Position numbers and translations under genes: made by a program. Shown here piece after piece: positions 18,007 through 28,900 of a stretch of 29,740 nucleotides of DNA (the first letter of the stretch is position 1; every line of letters starts with the position of its first letter). Source of the DNA: Thermoplasmatota archaeon. GTDB lineage: Archaea > Thermoplasmatota > Penumbrarchaeia > Penumbrarchaeales > Penumbrarchaeaceae. The stretch spans positions 1 through 29,740 of the forward strand of contig CBDDUX010000072.1 of the NCBI GenBank assembly GCA_965234725.1, read 5' to 3'. The notes under the pieces were generated by a model. It searched no databases. It worked only from the letters and a program-made list of their open reading frames with translations, and was not told the origin of the DNA.

Positions 18007-18190
18007 GGGCCTCCGAAGAGGCCCTTTTCCTCAATCCAGTTAAATCTCTCTCAAATGCATCCAGAAGAGATTCTTTCATTTTGGGGGTCGTTTTTGACAA
18101 TTTTGAGTACGTTTTCAAACCCTGTCCCCGACACTTTTCATAATTTAGGTATTTATTGCATATTATATGGCTATTTTTAGGTGTCGGGTT
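18007..18190 (+). repeat. Composite repeat copy 4: arm A1 (18007-18123) plus arm C (18124-about 18190)
   Basis: Hairpin GGGCCTC-cgaa-GAGGCCC; ATTCTTTCATTTT and TTTTGAGTACGTTTTCAAACCC match copies 1 and 5; GTCCCCGACACTT matches copy 3. Confidence 0.9.
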
Positions 18191-18210
18191 CCAATAACGT
18201 ACCCGTCACC

Positions 18211-21200
18211 TCATTCTTTTCCTTCTAGGTCCTCGATCTGTTCGTGAATGTAGTCTTTCAACTCAGAAGTTGTCAAACCTTCTTCATCCTTTTCAGGAGC
18301 AGGAATTCCATATAGATCCTCATAGGAAGGAGCACTGGATTCCTTTTCTTTTGCAAGAGCAGCTCTCTCTTCCTCTTCTTTCTTGCGAGCAGCTTCATCC
18401 ATTTTCTTCTTCATTTTGAATAATAAGAAGATTCCTAAAGCAAGAAGGATGATCACTACAGCAATGATGATTATCATGAACAATGACGATGATGAACTCT
18501 CAGCTTTACCCACTTCTATCTCGAAGGTTGCAGTATTTGTTTCAATTCCATCTGTAACCTCAACAGTAACTGTATGGAGCATCACCTGATTGTCTTTCGG
18601 TGTCCACCTTATCATGCCTGTCTCATCACTGATCGTCATCCCATCTGGAGCTTCAGCCAATGAATATCTCAAATTGGAAAGGTCCTCCGAATCCTGATCT
18701 GTGCAGGAGATCTTGAATTTGAAATTAGTTACAGCTGAGATCTTCTGGTCCTCAATGGTCTTGAATGTAGGTTTGTAGTTGACCCTGAATGACATCACTC
18801 CTGAAGTGCATAAACCGTCAGAACAACCGTCATTTGGGATAACTGTCCAGAAGTAAGTCTTTCCTGGATCCAGATCTGAGAGAGTGATGTTTGTACCATC
18901 GTATTCTTCTTCATAGATGGCCTCTTCTCGATATCCCTGGACATAAACCTCTGTTTGGTGAAGATATATGTCGTAAGTAATTGATTCTCCTTCAGGATCT
19001 ATACCTTCCCAGCTGAGAATAGCACCGGTAGAAGCTCCTTTTTCACCATCTCCAGGACCAATTAACTCCACCTCCGGGGGTTCAGAAGCTAATACTGTGA
19101 TAGTGAAGGTCCTATTGGTAAATGCAAGTCCATCCCAGGCTGATACAATTACTTCAAGTTTGAACGGAGCTTTATCGAAAATATGGATGTCAGCTGTCCA
19201 GTTTATTTGTCCGGTATCTTCATCAATTGTAATATCGGAATCCGGTGCGGATGAAACGGAATAATATGTTGTATCTCCATCATAATCCGTAGCGTTCACA
19301 TCGAAGAGATATGTTTTTCCATGAACAATATTTATATTTTCAGGAAAATCTACCCAGGCAGGTCTATCATTGACGTTTAGAACCTCCAATGTGAAGTTAT
19401 GGAAATCGAACTCATCCGAAAGGTCCCAGACTGAAACGTTTACGAAGTAGGACCCAACATCCATTGGTCCTGGATTTCCGGACAGTGTTCCCATTTCATA
19501 ATCGATTGAAAGGAAGCCAGCATCGGTATGGAGTTTCCATTTGATCTCATCTCCGGAATCGATTTCAAGAGCTTGATAATTTCTGAGGAATGGATCGTCT
19601 TGATACACTGACATGGTGTCATTTGTAATGATTACTGGAGGGTCGTTAACATCTAATACCTTGATATCGAACTGTCTTGAATCCCAACCCTCATTTCCGT
19701 CATGTACAGATACAGTGACTGTTACCGTTCCTACATCTTCATTTGTAGGTGATCCCTTCAGAATACCGGAGTGAGAATCCATTGTGAGCCATTCAGCATT
19801 CGAGGAGAGGTAATAAGTCACATTGCCTTGCCCATCATCATCACATTTGTAATCTGTCTCGTAATACTCCCCTTGATTGATCTCAGTGATGTCAGTTCCA
19901 AAAAGGTTCGGGTTGGTATTCGAGACAAATATCCTGAACTTGTGAGATGAGAAATGTCCTTCTGTATCTGTCAGGTTCAATTCAACGGTCGTCAGTCCTA
20001 CCTCTGTATTATCTGGTGTCCCGTATAGTTCCTTTGTTCCTTGGTCGAACTGGAGCCAATCCATGTCGGTCCTTAATGTCCAGGTTGGATTAGTCACCCA
20101 TCCAAAGTTCCAGTATGCTTCTCGATATTCAATATCTTCATAAGCGGTTTTATTATCCTGGAAAGGTCGAATTTGGACTGGAGTATGAACTTTGAAAATA
20201 TCACTTTTTAATGGATTCCTCACGGAGGTTGCCGTGATGTTCTCGAACCAGAGCATACTAGTTGAAATATTCAGATTCCCAACATACAATCCCGTATTGA
20301 TCCCTGTCTCTCTGCAAACGATCAGCGGGGAGAAACTCAAGTTATTATCACTGGACAGGTTTAGGAATGCCTTATCCCGAAGAAGTGGATTAGCATCATC
20401 TCCTGTGATTGCGAAGTATGCAGTCTCTCCATAATCCAATATTTCAGTGGTAGTCGTCAGGCCTTCATCTTCATAGACCGTTACTGAACCCACAGTTGTT
20501 GGTCTGAAGGGATAGTCGATCACAATGTCGATATCGAATGATGGGCCCGCTTTGGGATAAATATTTGTAACGTCGAAATAAATAGATCTAGGTGGGATTA
20601 TGAACTGCCCACGATAGACACCAGTGTTCAATCCTGTCTCCCTCAATCTGATCTTACTCAATCCAATCGGACTGGATTGGTATGTGATATTGATAGTTGC
20701 CAAATCCTGATGTGTCGCATTTCCATCTTCGCCGGTTAATTCCAAGTAAAGTGTTTGTCCGATGTCAAATGTTCTGGATGGATTTGAATAAGGTTCAGTG
20801 TAGATCTCGAATGTATCTACCCTGGTTGGTTCGTAGTTTAACATCCCTGTCACGAAATAGATCTTTCCACCACCATTTCCTCCCTCATCATTGTTTCTGG
20901 CTCCAACAATTATGTCTTCCATTCCATCCCCGTTGATATCTCCTTGTATCTCCAAAGCAGTCCCAAATCTATCTCCTGGAAATTCTCCAACAATGGTACT
21001 ATCAGCAATCGAAATATTTGCATTTGTAGGCCACCCACTTGTTCTTCCGTTGATGATATATACCTTCCCACGGTTCTCTCCCTGATAGTCAAATTGATTG
21101 CTGCAGACTACGATCTCATCTAATCCATCTCCATCTATATCTTCCAGGAAGTCTATGTCTAGTCCCAAAGAATCTCGATCATCCTCACCTAAATAGGATG

Positions 21201-22383
21201 CATCTGCATTAGATAGTGAGGTATCCATTGACAACCCTGTTTCTTTCCCAAGGATCAAATAGAACTTCCCATCAAAATCCATCCCGGGTGAATCCCAAGA
21301 ATTTGCGCCGATCAGGATATCGTCATATCCATCTCCATTTACATCTCCTCCACCGGCCAATCCATTCCCAATATAATCGAGATATTGGGTATCTTCTTCA
21401 ACAAAAGAAGCATCGGCATTTGAAAGAGATGTTCCATAGGACCAACCAGATGATTTACCCAGTATCAAGTAAATCTCCCCCCTGTCAGGAACTCCCATGC
21501 CTTGGGATCCATATGGGGCACCGATCAAAAAATCACCATATCCATCACCGTTCACATCCCCAGCTGAAGCCATGTTGTTCCCCACTCTTTGACCCTGGCC
21601 AGTTTCTCTGACGAAGGAAGCATCAGCGGTATTAATTGGTGTATTTTGGGACCAAATATTCGATTTTCCCAGAAATAAAAATGCTTCTCCGTCCTGATAG
21701 GGGGCCCCGATGAGTATGTCATCATATCCATCATTGTTCACATCCCCTGCTCCTGCTACAGTTGATCCCAAACGGATGGCTGAACTTGGAACAAAAGTTG
21801 CATCTGCATTTGACAAACTAACATCCTTTGCCCAATTCTGGGTCGGCTTCCCAAGAATAAGGTAGACCTTTCCCCAATAACTATTGATATTGTAATCTCC
21901 GATCAAGATGTCATCATAACCATCGTCATTGACATCTCCAACTATCTCAACACTGCATCCTGCCATACCATCAGGATCTTCACCAATGAAGGATGCATCA
22001 GTATCTGAGACATTCAATCCGATATCAAGAGAACCACTTCCGAAATAGACGTAGATCTTACCACCATCTACTCCATCGTGATTGTAGCTTGGTAATCCTA
22101 TCACAAGATCGTCAAATCCATCTCCGTTCACATCACCAGAATTTGACATCTGAGGTGCTGTGTAGAATCCTCCCCCACTATTGCTCCCAATTCTACTTCC
22201 AGGAAAGCCTAGAAGTGATCCTTCGGCAAGATCACTGATGTTCTGGTTCAGATCTCCCCTACCATTGTGATTGAATTTCAGAGGAGAATTTACCCCTTTT
22301 AAATTACTTGAATAAACACCAGGTAAAGGTAGGATTAAAGTTAGCAACAATACTATTGCCCAAACTTGGATGGATTTTTTCAC
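18211..22383 (-). CDS. Membrane-anchored surface protein: FG-GAP (integrin-alpha-like) propeller plus cadherin/He_PIG-like Ig repeats
   Basis: Signal peptide after GTG 22383; seven GDVNGDGxDD-type repeats; Ig repeats (V.DVNDPP, GxLxGxP...DVG); C-terminal transmembrane helix and charged tail. Confidence 0.9.
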   Translation of the reverse strand: MKKSIQVWAIVLLLTLILPLPGVYSSNLKGVNSPLKFNHNGRGDLNQNISDLAEGSLLGFPGSRIGSNSGGGFYTAPQMSNSGDVNGDGFDDLVIGLPSYNHDGVDGGKIYVYFGSGSLDIGLNVSDTDASFIGEDPDGMAGCSVEIVGDVNDDGYDDILIGDYNINSYWGKVYLILGKPTQNWAKDVSLSNADATFVPSSAIRLGSTVAGAGDVNNDGYDDILIGAPYQDGEAFLFLGKSNIWSQNTPINTADASFVRETGQGQRVGNNMASAGDVNGDGYGDFLIGAPYGSQGMGVPDRGEIYLILGKSSGWSYGTSLSNADASFVEEDTQYLDYIGNGLAGGGDVNGDGYDDILIGANSWDSPGMDFDGKFYLILGKETGLSMDTSLSNADASYLGEDDRDSLGLDIDFLEDIDGDGLDEIVVCSNQFDYQGENRGKVYIINGRTSGWPTNANISIADSTIVGEFPGDRFGTALEIQGDINGDGMEDIIVGARNNDEGGNGGGKIYFVTGMLNYEPTRVDTFEIYTEPYSNPSRTFDIGQTLYLELTGEDGNATHQDLATINITYQSSPIGLSKIRLRETGLNTGVYRGQFIIPPRSIYFDVTNIYPKAGPSFDIDIVIDYPFRPTTVGSVTVYEDEGLTTTTEILDYGETAYFAITGDDANPLLRDKAFLNLSSDNNLSFSPLIVCRETGINTGLYVGNLNISTSMLWFENITATSVRNPLKSDIFKVHTPVQIRPFQDNKTAYEDIEYREAYWNFGWVTNPTWTLRTDMDWLQFDQGTKELYGTPDNTEVGLTTVELNLTDTEGHFSSHKFRIFVSNTNPNLFGTDITEINQGEYYETDYKCDDDGQGNVTYYLSSNAEWLTMDSHSGILKGSPTNEDVGTVTVTVSVHDGNEGWDSRQFDIKVLDVNDPPVIITNDTMSVYQDDPFLRNYQALEIDSGDEIKWKLHTDAGFLSIDYEMGTLSGNPGPMDVGSYFVNVSVWDLSDEFDFHNFTLEVLNVNDRPAWVDFPENINIVHGKTYLFDVNATDYDGDTTYYSVSSAPDSDITIDEDTGQINWTADIHIFDKAPFKLEVIVSAWDGLAFTNRTFTITVLASEPPEVELIGPGDGEKGASTGAILSWEGIDPEGESITYDIYLHQTEVYVQGYREEAIYEEEYDGTNITLSDLDPGKTYFWTVIPNDGCSDGLCTSGVMSFRVNYKPTFKTIEDQKISAVTNFKFKISCTDQDSEDLSNLRYSLAEAPDGMTISDETGMIRWTPKDNQVMLHTVTVEVTDGIETNTATFEIEVGKAESSSSSLFMIIIIAVVIILLALGIFLLFKMKKKMDEAARKKEEEERAALAKEKESSAPSYEDLYGIPAPEKDEEGLTTSELKDYIHEQIEDLEGKE

Positions 22384-22642
22384 TTCATTACCCCCTATTG
22401 GAAAACCAGGGCCCCCATTGCCCATCGATAAAGGAAAATGGAGAAATCTCAACCATTTCCTTACATCCAATAAATGCAATTCCGAATTATAACTGTTTCG
22501 TTTAATTTAATAGAAATAATGTATTATTGTTAATATAAATGTTGTTAGATGATAATTTATATGATTCATGGTTTATAAATCTCAACTCGCGTTAATATAG
22601 CTAAAAAGAATTTCTCCTGCTATTTCAGATTAAGGCTAGATG

Positions 22643-22945
22643 TAGGCCCTATAAGGGGTCCTATTCCTTTTGCTCCTGATCATCTCTCTGAAGGCATTTC
22701 AGAGAAATTCTTTCATTTTCGATATCATTTTTAACAGTTTTGAGGCTGTTTTCAAACCCCGATCTACCAAATTTGGGATAGTTTTACGACACCATTAACA
22801 TGGTTATTCGACACAATAGGGCTAGAACACGACAGGATTGTGAATACTGGACCAGATATGAATAGATATGTTGGTATGATAATTAAAGGAATATAATTCT
22901 GTGATGAAGCCTGAATTAGCCCAAAATGTTTGGTGGGCCAGGTCG
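22643..22945 (+). repeat. Composite repeat copy 5: arm A1 (22643-22760) plus arm B (22761-22945)
   Basis: Colinear with 250-535; starts with hairpin TAGGCCCT-ataa-GGGGTCCTA; core AAACCCC at 22754-22760; ends TGGTGGGCCAGGTCG. Confidence 0.95.
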
Positions 22946-22996
22946 TTCCTCCTCAAAGATCGTTATTCCTCAATTGTGATCATCTCGATTATTCAA

Positions 22997-25900
22997 TCAT
23001 TCCTCCGAGATCGCCCCCCCTCCCTCCGCTTTTTTCCTCAGAACGAAGAACACGACCCCAATACCGAGCAGTACAAGGATCATGAGTAGGGACCCTACGA
23101 TGATTGCGAGGGTATGATCTGATTCCTTGGGTTCATCGATCTCCACGGGGATCAATGGAGGGATCGATCCCGTGAGTTTCCCGTCCTCTACGATGGTGGT
23201 GTTGAATATTATGGTATGATATCCCTCGGCTTGCACGGTGATCGTGAGGTTTGTACTTTTCAGTTCATTGGAGAGATCAAGGGAGGTGTGGCCCGAAGTA
23301 TCGGTTGCATTGGAGAAACCGAACATTCCGAAGTTCAGATGGACATCTGCGCCGGGGACGGGATCTCCGGACTCGTCGATCACCGGTCCGATCTCCAGCG
23401 TGAAGAAACCGATTTCATTCCTCATGCCCGTTATCGCGAACGCGGATAAATGGTTCACAACAGCCCATACATATCCCGCATAATCGATCCCGTGGACGGA
23501 CTGGTCCGTCGTGTCCACCCCGGTGGCGAACACCTCCTCTTCTTCCTCCGATAGTCTGTTCCAGGTTCCCTTTTCGAAGACATACAGTCTGAGTGTGGAT
23601 TCGTTAAGATCATAGGGATCGTCATTGTCTCCGTCTCCGTTCATGTCAAGATCCTCCGATCTGTAGTAGATCAAAAACTCGATCTGGGAGATGTTTCGAT
23701 CCTCGATTCTGTTCCCGTCATCAGCCGTCACGTTGATCTCCGTATACCTTCCAAAAGGTACCTCGTCCGGTCCCATCCCGTTTCTGAACGAGAGGGGATC
23801 AACACCTTCGATTGATGAGGATCTGGATATCGTCAACTCCACGGATATGTTCGCATTCAATCTGCAGAGAACGTTGGCATCGGTCTCCCTCACTACCTCG
23901 TAGTAGTCCACCTGGACGAAGTTTTGTGGGCTCAGGTAATCCGCAACGACCCTTCCGTCCTCCACGATCATCCGGACATTACGGAAAATGCTCAGGACCC
24001 TGTTGTGATCGAACGGGCGCGGATCCGAGAGAAGCACGATGGTCTGTTCTCTCTTCCAGACCCCGTATCTCAGGACGCATCTCCCTGAAGTAGTATTCAT
24101 ATCGGAAATGAGGTTCTCATTACCATCGAGAAGATCGCGGATGATCATCCCTGCCGTGCTGTTCTCCGTGGAAGGTTTTGCGACGATGACAATCAAACTT
24201 CTATTGGTGTAATCGGAGAGAAGCTCGCCCGGTGTTACCTCTAAAACGTCAACACTGCCCGACAGGTTCTGAAGGAACCATTTATTCCTCTCCCCCTCAT
24301 CCACGACCACCACGATCTCCTCCCCCAAATCGATGCTGAAGTCGTAATCGAACAGGTCCCCAATCCCGTCGCCGTCGGAATCCCCGGACCGGGGATTGTA
24401 ACCGACCTCAAGCTCCCTTGAGTCCACCATTCCGTCCTCGTCGGTGTCGTTGTTCCCGGGGTTCAAGAACATCCGCACCTCGAACCCGTCCTTCAGCTGA
24501 TCCCCGTCGCTGTCCTCGTTGACAGCGGATGTGTTGTAGATCTTCTCGTATCCGTCGTCGATCCCATCTTGGTCAAAGTCCGAATCAGACGGACTGCATC
24601 CTATCTGGACCTCCTCCCCGTCGAACATCATGTCCCCGTCCCCGTCGGGAGATGTCGGATCCAATCCCATCTTCCACTCTTCGAAATCGGATAATCCGTC
24701 ATCGTCGGTATCATCGTCGTTGGGATTTGTCCCCATCTCGAATTCGATATTATCCGAAAGCCCCTCTCCATCGGTATCGTTGAGGAGCGGATCGCTCCCG
24801 AAGATCAACTCGATCCCGTCGTCAAGATCGTCCAGATCCGTATCATATGAGGCGGGATCGGTCCCCAACACAACCTCCTCGAGATCCGGAATCGTGTCCT
24901 CGTCCGTGTCGAAATGGGAAGGATCCATTCCCAGATCGTATTCCTCGCTGTCCGATAATCCGTCGAAGTCCGAGTCCGCAAGATTGATGTTCGAAACCAC
25001 ATGTCTCGTTTCTACCCCCAAGGGGAGTGTAACGTTTATTTCCCATCCTTCTTCCTCTACAACATCAAAGAGACCGTCCCCGTCGGTATCTTCATATGTA
25101 TAGTTCTTTTCTATCTTGTGGATGATGATATTTTCCCAGAACCTGGCGATCCGTCCGATGGTGGCCCCTGTGTCGGTCATTCCGCTTACGTAAATATTGC
25201 GGTCAACACCGGAACATATGGACTTCTCCCAGACGTTCACCGGCCACTCGACCCTCAACCTTCGATATTTGTCATATTTCTGTATCCCGTCGTTGTCGCC
25301 CCCGTCCCAGCATATGAAGAGGCTGTCCTCCCCGCCGATCCATATGTCGGTTGCGGTCCCGAATTCCGAAATCTCCCAGACCCAGCTTAGGTTGAAATCC
25401 TGATCGAATACTTGTATCCTGTGGTTGCCCGGATCGAGAACGTATATCCTGCCCTTGCTGTCGATGTCGATGGAATTATCATCGCCAACAAGAAACTGTC
25501 CGGGGAGGTCCCCGGTGGGATATTCGTTCGATAAAAGAACTGTGCCGTTCGATGCGAATTTAACCAGGAAAGGACAGACAATATCCGCATACCCGAACGA
25601 GTAGACATTGCCGGCATCATCCGTCGCTAGTGCCATCGCATCGCTGAAATCCGTTCTATCATGATCATGCCAGGTCCCGTTCAGGGTTCCGTTTGCTTCG
25701 AGGATGAAAATCACATTCACATCCGGATAGTCAAAGGCATGGTAACGACCGACGTATATCTTTCCGTCCGGGCCTATTGCCAGTGATTTCAGGTTGTACA
25801 GTGACTCGTTATGGTATTCCCATATGAGTTCTCCGTCCGGTCCGAGCTTGATAACCGAATCATTGAATCCGCTTATCATGTACATGTTCCCATCGGAGTC

Positions 25901-28900
25901 ACATACGATATCGACGCAGTCGGGGATCCCGTAGGGCTCGTCGTCTCCGATGGTATCGATGTATTCCATATCGGAAGTCGTATAATCCACAAGCTCATCC
26001 GCGATCCCGTTGCCGTCGGTATCCGCGGAGATCGGATTCAATAAACAGAGATACTCAACGGTGTCGTTCAGACCGTCTCCGTCCGTATCTGGTGATTTCG
26101 GATCGGATGCGATGTGCCATTCAAAGGGATGGCCGTAATAGGTGAAATTGATGATCCACCCCTCTAGCTCCTTATGGTCCGATAAACCATCTCCGTCGGT
26201 ATCATCGTTATCGGGATCAAGTCCGGAAAGCAACTCCTTCTTATCCCATATGCCGTCCCGGTCCATATCGTGATCGACCGGATTGTATCCGATGTCCAGT
26301 TCGTACCCGTCGCCCAGACCGTCCCCGTCGGAATCCCAGTTCCACGGACTGGTATCCAACTCATCCGAATTGTTCAGGTTGTCCCCGTCGTAGTCGGAAT
26401 GTTTTAGGTAGGTCCAGGTTCCGAACTCGTCGATCGTCTCGGGAAGGATATCATAGTACAGCGTCTTCGTGCTCAACAAATCCGACCCGGAATCGCTCTT
26501 AGGTTTGAACGGGATCAGCCCCCAGAAGAGGTGCTCCTGGAAATACATGTTGTAGTCCATCTTCAGATTGAGAGCGAATTCGTAGTTGACCTTGGCAATA
26601 CCAGGGACTATCCACGCACCGGACTCGTAGTGCGTCTCTTTCGTATCACCGTCGTTGGAGGCATAGATCTCGGTGGAGAAATTTCCCTTTGTAAGCTTTC
26701 TCTTTCCGTCATCCCCCACCACGGGTGAAGTTATGTAATATTCCGGTCTGATGTAGGAATTCCTGAGATGATCCGATGTTCCGTGGGCTTCTCTTGTCAC
26801 GATTGTGTCCCATACGCTCGAGTACTCTATCCTGTCCCCTGCATCCAGTCCGTTCTTCTTATTGTCATGAATAACGATCTGACAACCCTCCATCTCCATG
26901 TCCAGACTGGTCAGGGTGCGGACGCCCGCGATCAGATCGATTATCCAGGTGATGATCCACTCCGATCCGCTCTTACCGGTGATCAATCCCACGATTAGTT
27001 CCTCGAGCGCATATAGTAGCCCGACGATCGCCGCGATCACACCGATGATCACACCGGCGATCTGGCCCCCGACGGGGATCGCCTGAAGTCCGAGTATAAT
27101 CGCGAGTATCGATACGAACAGCCCGACACCCAACAGTGCAGTGATCCATGAGAAGGCCAGGACGCCGTATATGGTGGTGATCGTGATCCCGAAAGGATCG
27201 TTTCCCACGGAGCTGTACATGGCAACGAGATTGAATATCAGTATGGTCAGATCAATAGCGTATGCTATGACGTCCACGGCGATTCCGATCCCGGTCAGGG
27301 TATTCGTGATCGCCTTTCCCCAGACTTTTCCGGTTTCGAACGTCTTGAACAGGAACTTCACGCCGTTCCATGTTCCCTTGATCACCTCGACCATGAATGC
27401 ACTGCTTGTCCAGAACATCTTTATGGAATAGTGTATGAATTCAAGGGCGGGTACGATGAAATCCCTGACGAAGCATATGATTAACATGGTGGGTGTGGTG
27501 ATTATTCCCATGATATTGGCTACGGTTGAAGCCCAGTGTTTTGTCACTCCATCGAGGACATTCTCTCCTTCCCGAACGACCCGTATCTCTCCTGTGTTCC
27601 AGAAGAGAAACATGCCGAGCATCAATGATGCGTTCTCGTCATCGAGGTCCGAAAGAAGCGGCATGATCTCCTCCACGAACGAAGAGGCCTCTATTGGTTC
27701 GGTATTCGGTTTTTCATACCAGTTCGATCTCATCATGCGGGTCGTTACCACAGGTGTTTCCGAGAGATTTCCTCGGAATGTGGCCCCATCGATCATCGAC
27801 AGGTACATCAGGTCCATCGACGCGCTGTGGTCCTCCATCAAAACAGTGATTGAGTATTTGCCGTTCTCGGGAAGGGATTCAAGAGCTTCCTTGGTCATTC
27901 CGTTCATGCAGTCCCGCACGGCAGGATCCAGGTGGGAGTATCCTTCTATCATGTGTTCGGGAAAAATCTCGTTCTCGCCCAGGAAGTCAGCGATCTCGTT
28001 GAGATTCAGGGAATGATTTCTCATGAACCCCGCCGAGAAGAGCATGTTAGCCGACATCATCTCTTTCGTGTCCTCGGAGTAGAACAGGCCGATATCGGTT
28101 CCGTGGTTCTCCGTCACGACAAGGCTGGCAATGGTGAATTCTTCATCATAAGTGATCAGGGTTGTGCTGCTTGTTCTGACATCTCCTTCTTCTATCGTGA
28201 GCAAACTGCCCGCTGGTCCCGAGTCCTCGGCTTTTAAGCTTCCGTCTCCCTGTTCCTTGATGAACCTGTCATCGCCTGTTTTAAGATAATGAAGATCGCC
28301 TGACTCGACAAGGGTGAATATGCAGGGATCTTCCATTTTCGGGAAACCCGAAGTCATAACTCTATCCTGATCGATGCCGACGTAATAGCCCTCCATCGTG
28401 CGCATGGCTACCCTGTCGTCATCTATCTTCTCCCAGGTGAATCTCTGGGGTTCGGAGATCTCGGTGGAATTGGCCTTGACCTTTCCGGCATCCATTGAGG
28501 TCAGATATTTCCCATCAGATGTCTTCAGGGTCCTCACTTCAGCATCTGTGATTCCAGTGACGACCCATTTCAAGCCAATCTCAAGGTTAAGATCCGTCGT
28601 ACCGACCGAGGGAGGAAAATATATCTTTCCACCGAGCGCGACAATACGCCCGTATTCCCATACAGGATTGAGTGGCAACGTCGCGCTTCCATTTCCGACC
28701 TTCATCCCGTATTCGACAACCTCATCCTGATCGAGGTAGATATTGCTTTTCATCTCTATGACTGGGGTCACCAACACATCTTCGGTCGAGTTGTCAAGGT
28801 CCTTCATGATACCCTTGTCATCGAACGGCCAGTCCATGGTATCGAACAGCAGTCTCATGTTGGATGGGTTCTTCGGTCTTATCTGGAGGGAGACATACAT

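Noticed and set aside
22458..22468. TCCTTACATCC shared with 52-62, both upstream of minus-strand secreted-protein starts
   Set aside because: A single 11-bp match can arise by chance in 30 kb, and its spacing to the start codons differs.
250..22945. Repeats as CRISPR arrays or CRISPR leaders
   Set aside because: The A arms have a leader-like A/T-tract texture, but no repeat-spacer units or cas genes are adjacent.
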